A stretch of DNA of 60,443 bases from Elusimicrobiota bacterium (GTDB taxonomy: Bacteria > Elusimicrobiota > Elusimicrobia > UBA1565 > UBA9628). Positions 58,410-60,443 of the stretch are shown here, piece by piece (positions within the stretch are counted from its first letter, which is position 1; every line of letters begins with the position of its first letter). Below the pieces are notes generated by a model. It was not told the origin of the DNA. It searched no databases and was given only the letters and a program-made list of their open reading frames with translations. Made by a program: the position numbers and the translations under genes. Location of the stretch: positions 1-60,443 of the forward strand of contig JAQTNG010000001.1 of NCBI GenBank assembly GCA_028714015.1, read 5' to 3'.

Positions 58410-60197
58410 TCAATGCGCCGACTCGCCCAGGAATAGGATCTCGGCCGCGCTCAGGTAGCCCTTGCTCGGGTACTCGACGACGCCCAAGGTCTTGAGCTCG
58501 CCGACCAGGCGCGCGTAATAGCCCCCGCCGCCGTCCATCTGGCACGCTTCGGCGACCTCGGGACGGCCGCACGGCTTCGGGTAATGGCGCAGCAAGCACT
58601 CCATCACGCGGCGATGGGAGGCCCCCAGGCGTGCCAGGAGGTCCCCGTGCAGCTGATCCGTCGTCTGAGGCGCCTGCCCGGGCGCCGCCAGCTGGCGCCC
58701 TTGGGCCGTCAGCTCCAGGGCGCCGTTGTCCGGGTAGATGACGAGCCCGGCCGTCTTCAGCTCCCCCACGACCCTGGCGTAGTAGCCGCCCTGCGGCGTC
58801 ACGCCCGAGTACACGGCCACTTGGACGCGCGACGCGGGCAGCACGCCGAGCTGCTCGAGCCGCGCCAGCGAGTTCAGGATCCGGCGGTGCGTCGGGCCGA
58901 TCGCGTTGCCGTCGTCCGGCACGACGTACTCGCGGCGCAGGGTCTTGGGCGGCGCGGTAACATGCCCGACTCGCTCGAGCGCGTAGCTCTTGGGCGGCAG
59001 CTCCTGGGCAGGGAGGCCTGGAGCCTTCACGAATTGGCGCGGCGGTGGGAACGCCTCGGCCAGGTGTCCCCCGATGTAGCGCGCGGAAGCGTGCAGCGCG
59101 GATGCCTCTTTCGTCAACCTCTCGGCGAGAGTCGTCGTCTTGTGGATGAGTTGCTCGACCTGTTTGAGCTCCGACTTCGTCAGCACGGGCACCTCGACGC
59201 GCTGGACCTTCGGCACGGCCGCGGGCTGTTTCGTCTCCGCGCCGTAGAGCTTCTTCTGGAGCTCGACGATCTTGGCCTGCAGGGCCTTCGGGTCCTCGGC
59301 CTTGGCCTTGTCGATGGTGGCCGCCATGGCCTCGCGCAGTTGCACCAGGTCGATGGGCGTCAGGGCGCGCGTGGCGCGGCGCTCCCCGAACTTGGGCGTC
59401 GCCGACGCGTCATAGGTGTCCTTCGGCAGGATGCGGATCTCCTGGTTCACCTTCAGGAACGCCGGGCTCCAGACGTGGCAGTTGCCCGTCTCGAGGCTGG
59501 GCAGCTTCTCGATGACCGACTGGTCGAGGTCGTGCGCGGCGATCCAGTCCTTCATGGCCTTGCGCTCGTGCGCGCCGGTGAGCCGGAAGGCCATGACGGT
59601 CTGACAGCCGTTGAGCGCCTTCTTGTTGATCTCCTGCGGCCGCGGGCTAAGGATGAACGCGCCCATGCCGAAGTTACGTCCGATCTTGATCTGGCGGATC
59701 AGGCGGTGGAGCATCATCTGCTCCCCGGGCTGCGGGTTCTGCGGCAGAAATTCCTGGCCCTCGTCGAACACCACGCAGATGACCGACGGGTCCATCTTCT
59801 TGCGCCGGAACAGCCGCTCGGAGAAATCGGCCACGAAGCGCGCCGTCTGGGCGTCGGTGTCGAACTGGGACACGTCGAGGACCGCGGACAGGTTCTTGTC
59901 GCAGATGAGGTCGGCGATCAACGCGCCGGCCGTCGGCTCGAGGGGGATGTCGCCGTGCAGGCCGCCGAACACGGGGATCTTGAGGCCTTGGCCCTTACCG
60001 TCCTTGGCCAGGCGCAGGCCGTACCACACGCCGACAGGATCCAGAATAACAACCGGGACGCCGGCCTCGAGCATGAGCTCGACGAGCTTCCCGGCGCCGT
60101 GGGTCTTGCCCGAGCCGCGCGCGCCGATCCAGGCGACGGCCTCCGTGCAGATGTCCACGGGCACGTCGAGGGTAGACGACAGGCGCAGCTTTTTCAC
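58410..60197 (-). CDS. HerA/FtsK-like P-loop ATPase with two C-terminal winged-helix repeats, 595 aa
   Basis: Walker A GARGSGKT and Walker B VVFDEGQEF. Repeated GGYYAR(V/L)VGELKT(A/L)G(L/V)V.YP modules. GTG 60197 overlaps the upstream TGA. Confidence 0.8.
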   Translation of the reverse strand: MKKLRLSSTLDVPVDICTEAVAWIGARGSGKTHGAGKLVELMLEAGVPVVILDPVGVWYGLRLAKDGKGQGLKIPVFGGLHGDIPLEPTAGALIADLICDKNLSAVLDVSQFDTDAQTARFVADFSERLFRRKKMDPSVICVVFDEGQEFLPQNPQPGEQMMLHRLIRQIKIGRNFGMGAFILSPRPQEINKKALNGCQTVMAFRLTGAHERKAMKDWIAAHDLDQSVIEKLPSLETGNCHVWSPAFLKVNQEIRILPKDTYDASATPKFGERRATRALTPIDLVQLREAMAATIDKAKAEDPKALQAKIVELQKKLYGAETKQPAAVPKVQRVEVPVLTKSELKQVEQLIHKTTTLAERLTKEASALHASARYIGGHLAEAFPPPRQFVKAPGLPAQELPPKSYALERVGHVTAPPKTLRREYVVPDDGNAIGPTHRRILNSLARLEQLGVLPASRVQVAVYSGVTPQGGYYARVVGELKTAGLVIYPDNGALELTAQGRQLAAPGQAPQTTDQLHGDLLARLGASHRRVMECLLRHYPKPCGRPEVAEACQMDGGGGYYARLVGELKTLGVVEYPSKGYLSAAEILFLGESAH

Positions 60198-60443
60198 TGG
60201 GCGACTCCTATTGGTTCGATGGTCAGTTCCAGCCGCGGGTGGGTCCGATCGAGCGGCAGCTCCTCCCACGCGGGGGACACGAGCAGCTGGTCGTTGACCA
60301 CGAACGGCAGCGAACATCCGGCGCGGCACGCCTTTTTGTACTGCCGCTTCTGGTGGACCGGACACCACTCGAGGACGTGCCACAGCGCGTCCATCATGCC
60401 CGGGACGTCTCGGCCGATGAGGTCGCCGGGCGTGTAGCGCCCC
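60194..60443 (-). CDS. small Cys-containing protein, possibly 5'-truncated by the window edge
   Basis: The track start is ATG 60397 (MMDALWHVLEWCPVHQ..), but the frame stays open upstream to the edge (GRYTPGDLIGRDVPG). Confidence 0.5.
   Translation of the reverse strand, partial: GRYTPGDLIGRDVPGMMDALWHVLEWCPVHQKRQYKKACRAGCSLPFVVNDQLLVSPAWEELPLDRTHPRLELTIEPIGVAQ

Noticed and set aside
1-60443. A diversity-generating retroelement or retron, considered because of the repeated fibre segments and structured RNA candidates.
   Set aside because: No reverse-transcriptase-like ORF (no YxDD motif protein) is visible in any frame, and there is no template/variable repeat pair with adenine-specific differences. 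The two fibre repeats at 19440-19763 are ordinary intragenic repeats.

Overview
This is a visibly GC-rich 60.4-kb stretch (about two-thirds G+C by eye, not computed). It reads as one continuous segment of a tailed-phage or prophage genome. Every gene I can support (about 100) is on the minus strand, so transcription runs right to left. In transcription order the modules are as follows. (i) 60443-57235: a HerA/FtsK-like P-loop ATPase with tandem winged helices, a CCHC zinc-knuckle protein and an ASCH protein. (ii) 57094-50743: two promoter-led runs of small genes that include a SpoVG-like protein, a DUF5131 (Gp37/Gp68, three-Cys radical-SAM-like) protein, a class-I SAM-methyltransferase-fold protein and a HAD phosphatase. 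(iii) 50729-47590: a CxxxCxxC radical-SAM enzyme translationally coupled to a lambda-O-like initiator. The initiator's coding sequence carries four 19-bp iterons plus an AT-rich tract (candidate origin), and it is followed by a lipoprotein / TM-coiled-coil pair. (iv) 47593-38146: terminase small and large subunits, portal, a 721-aa Nudix/zinc-ribbon protein and a Mu-F-like head protein. (v) 38068-22031: scaffold/protease, decoration protein, major capsid, connectors, sheath, tube, G/GT frameshift chaperone, tape measure, baseplate and two paralogous Gly-rich fibres (contractile-tail layout). (vi) 21903-13621: signal-peptide-bearing fibre-like proteins, a papain-like peptidase, an amidase endolysin and holin-like proteins. 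(vii) 13547-1: early-type operons with many tiny Cys-rich proteins, an HTH protein, RecT plus a PD-(D/E)XK exonuclease, a DUF2779 nuclease, DUF1643 and three orphan DNA methyltransferases. Ten sigma70-like promoters with an invariant TTGACA-17 nt geometry and four intrinsic terminators can be read directly from the sequence. I recognised no rRNA, tRNA, CRISPR array, integrase, transposase or DNA polymerase. The long plus-strand and alternative-frame ORFs in the track are GC-driven shadow ORFs. All family assignments come from motif recognition by eye, not from database searches.
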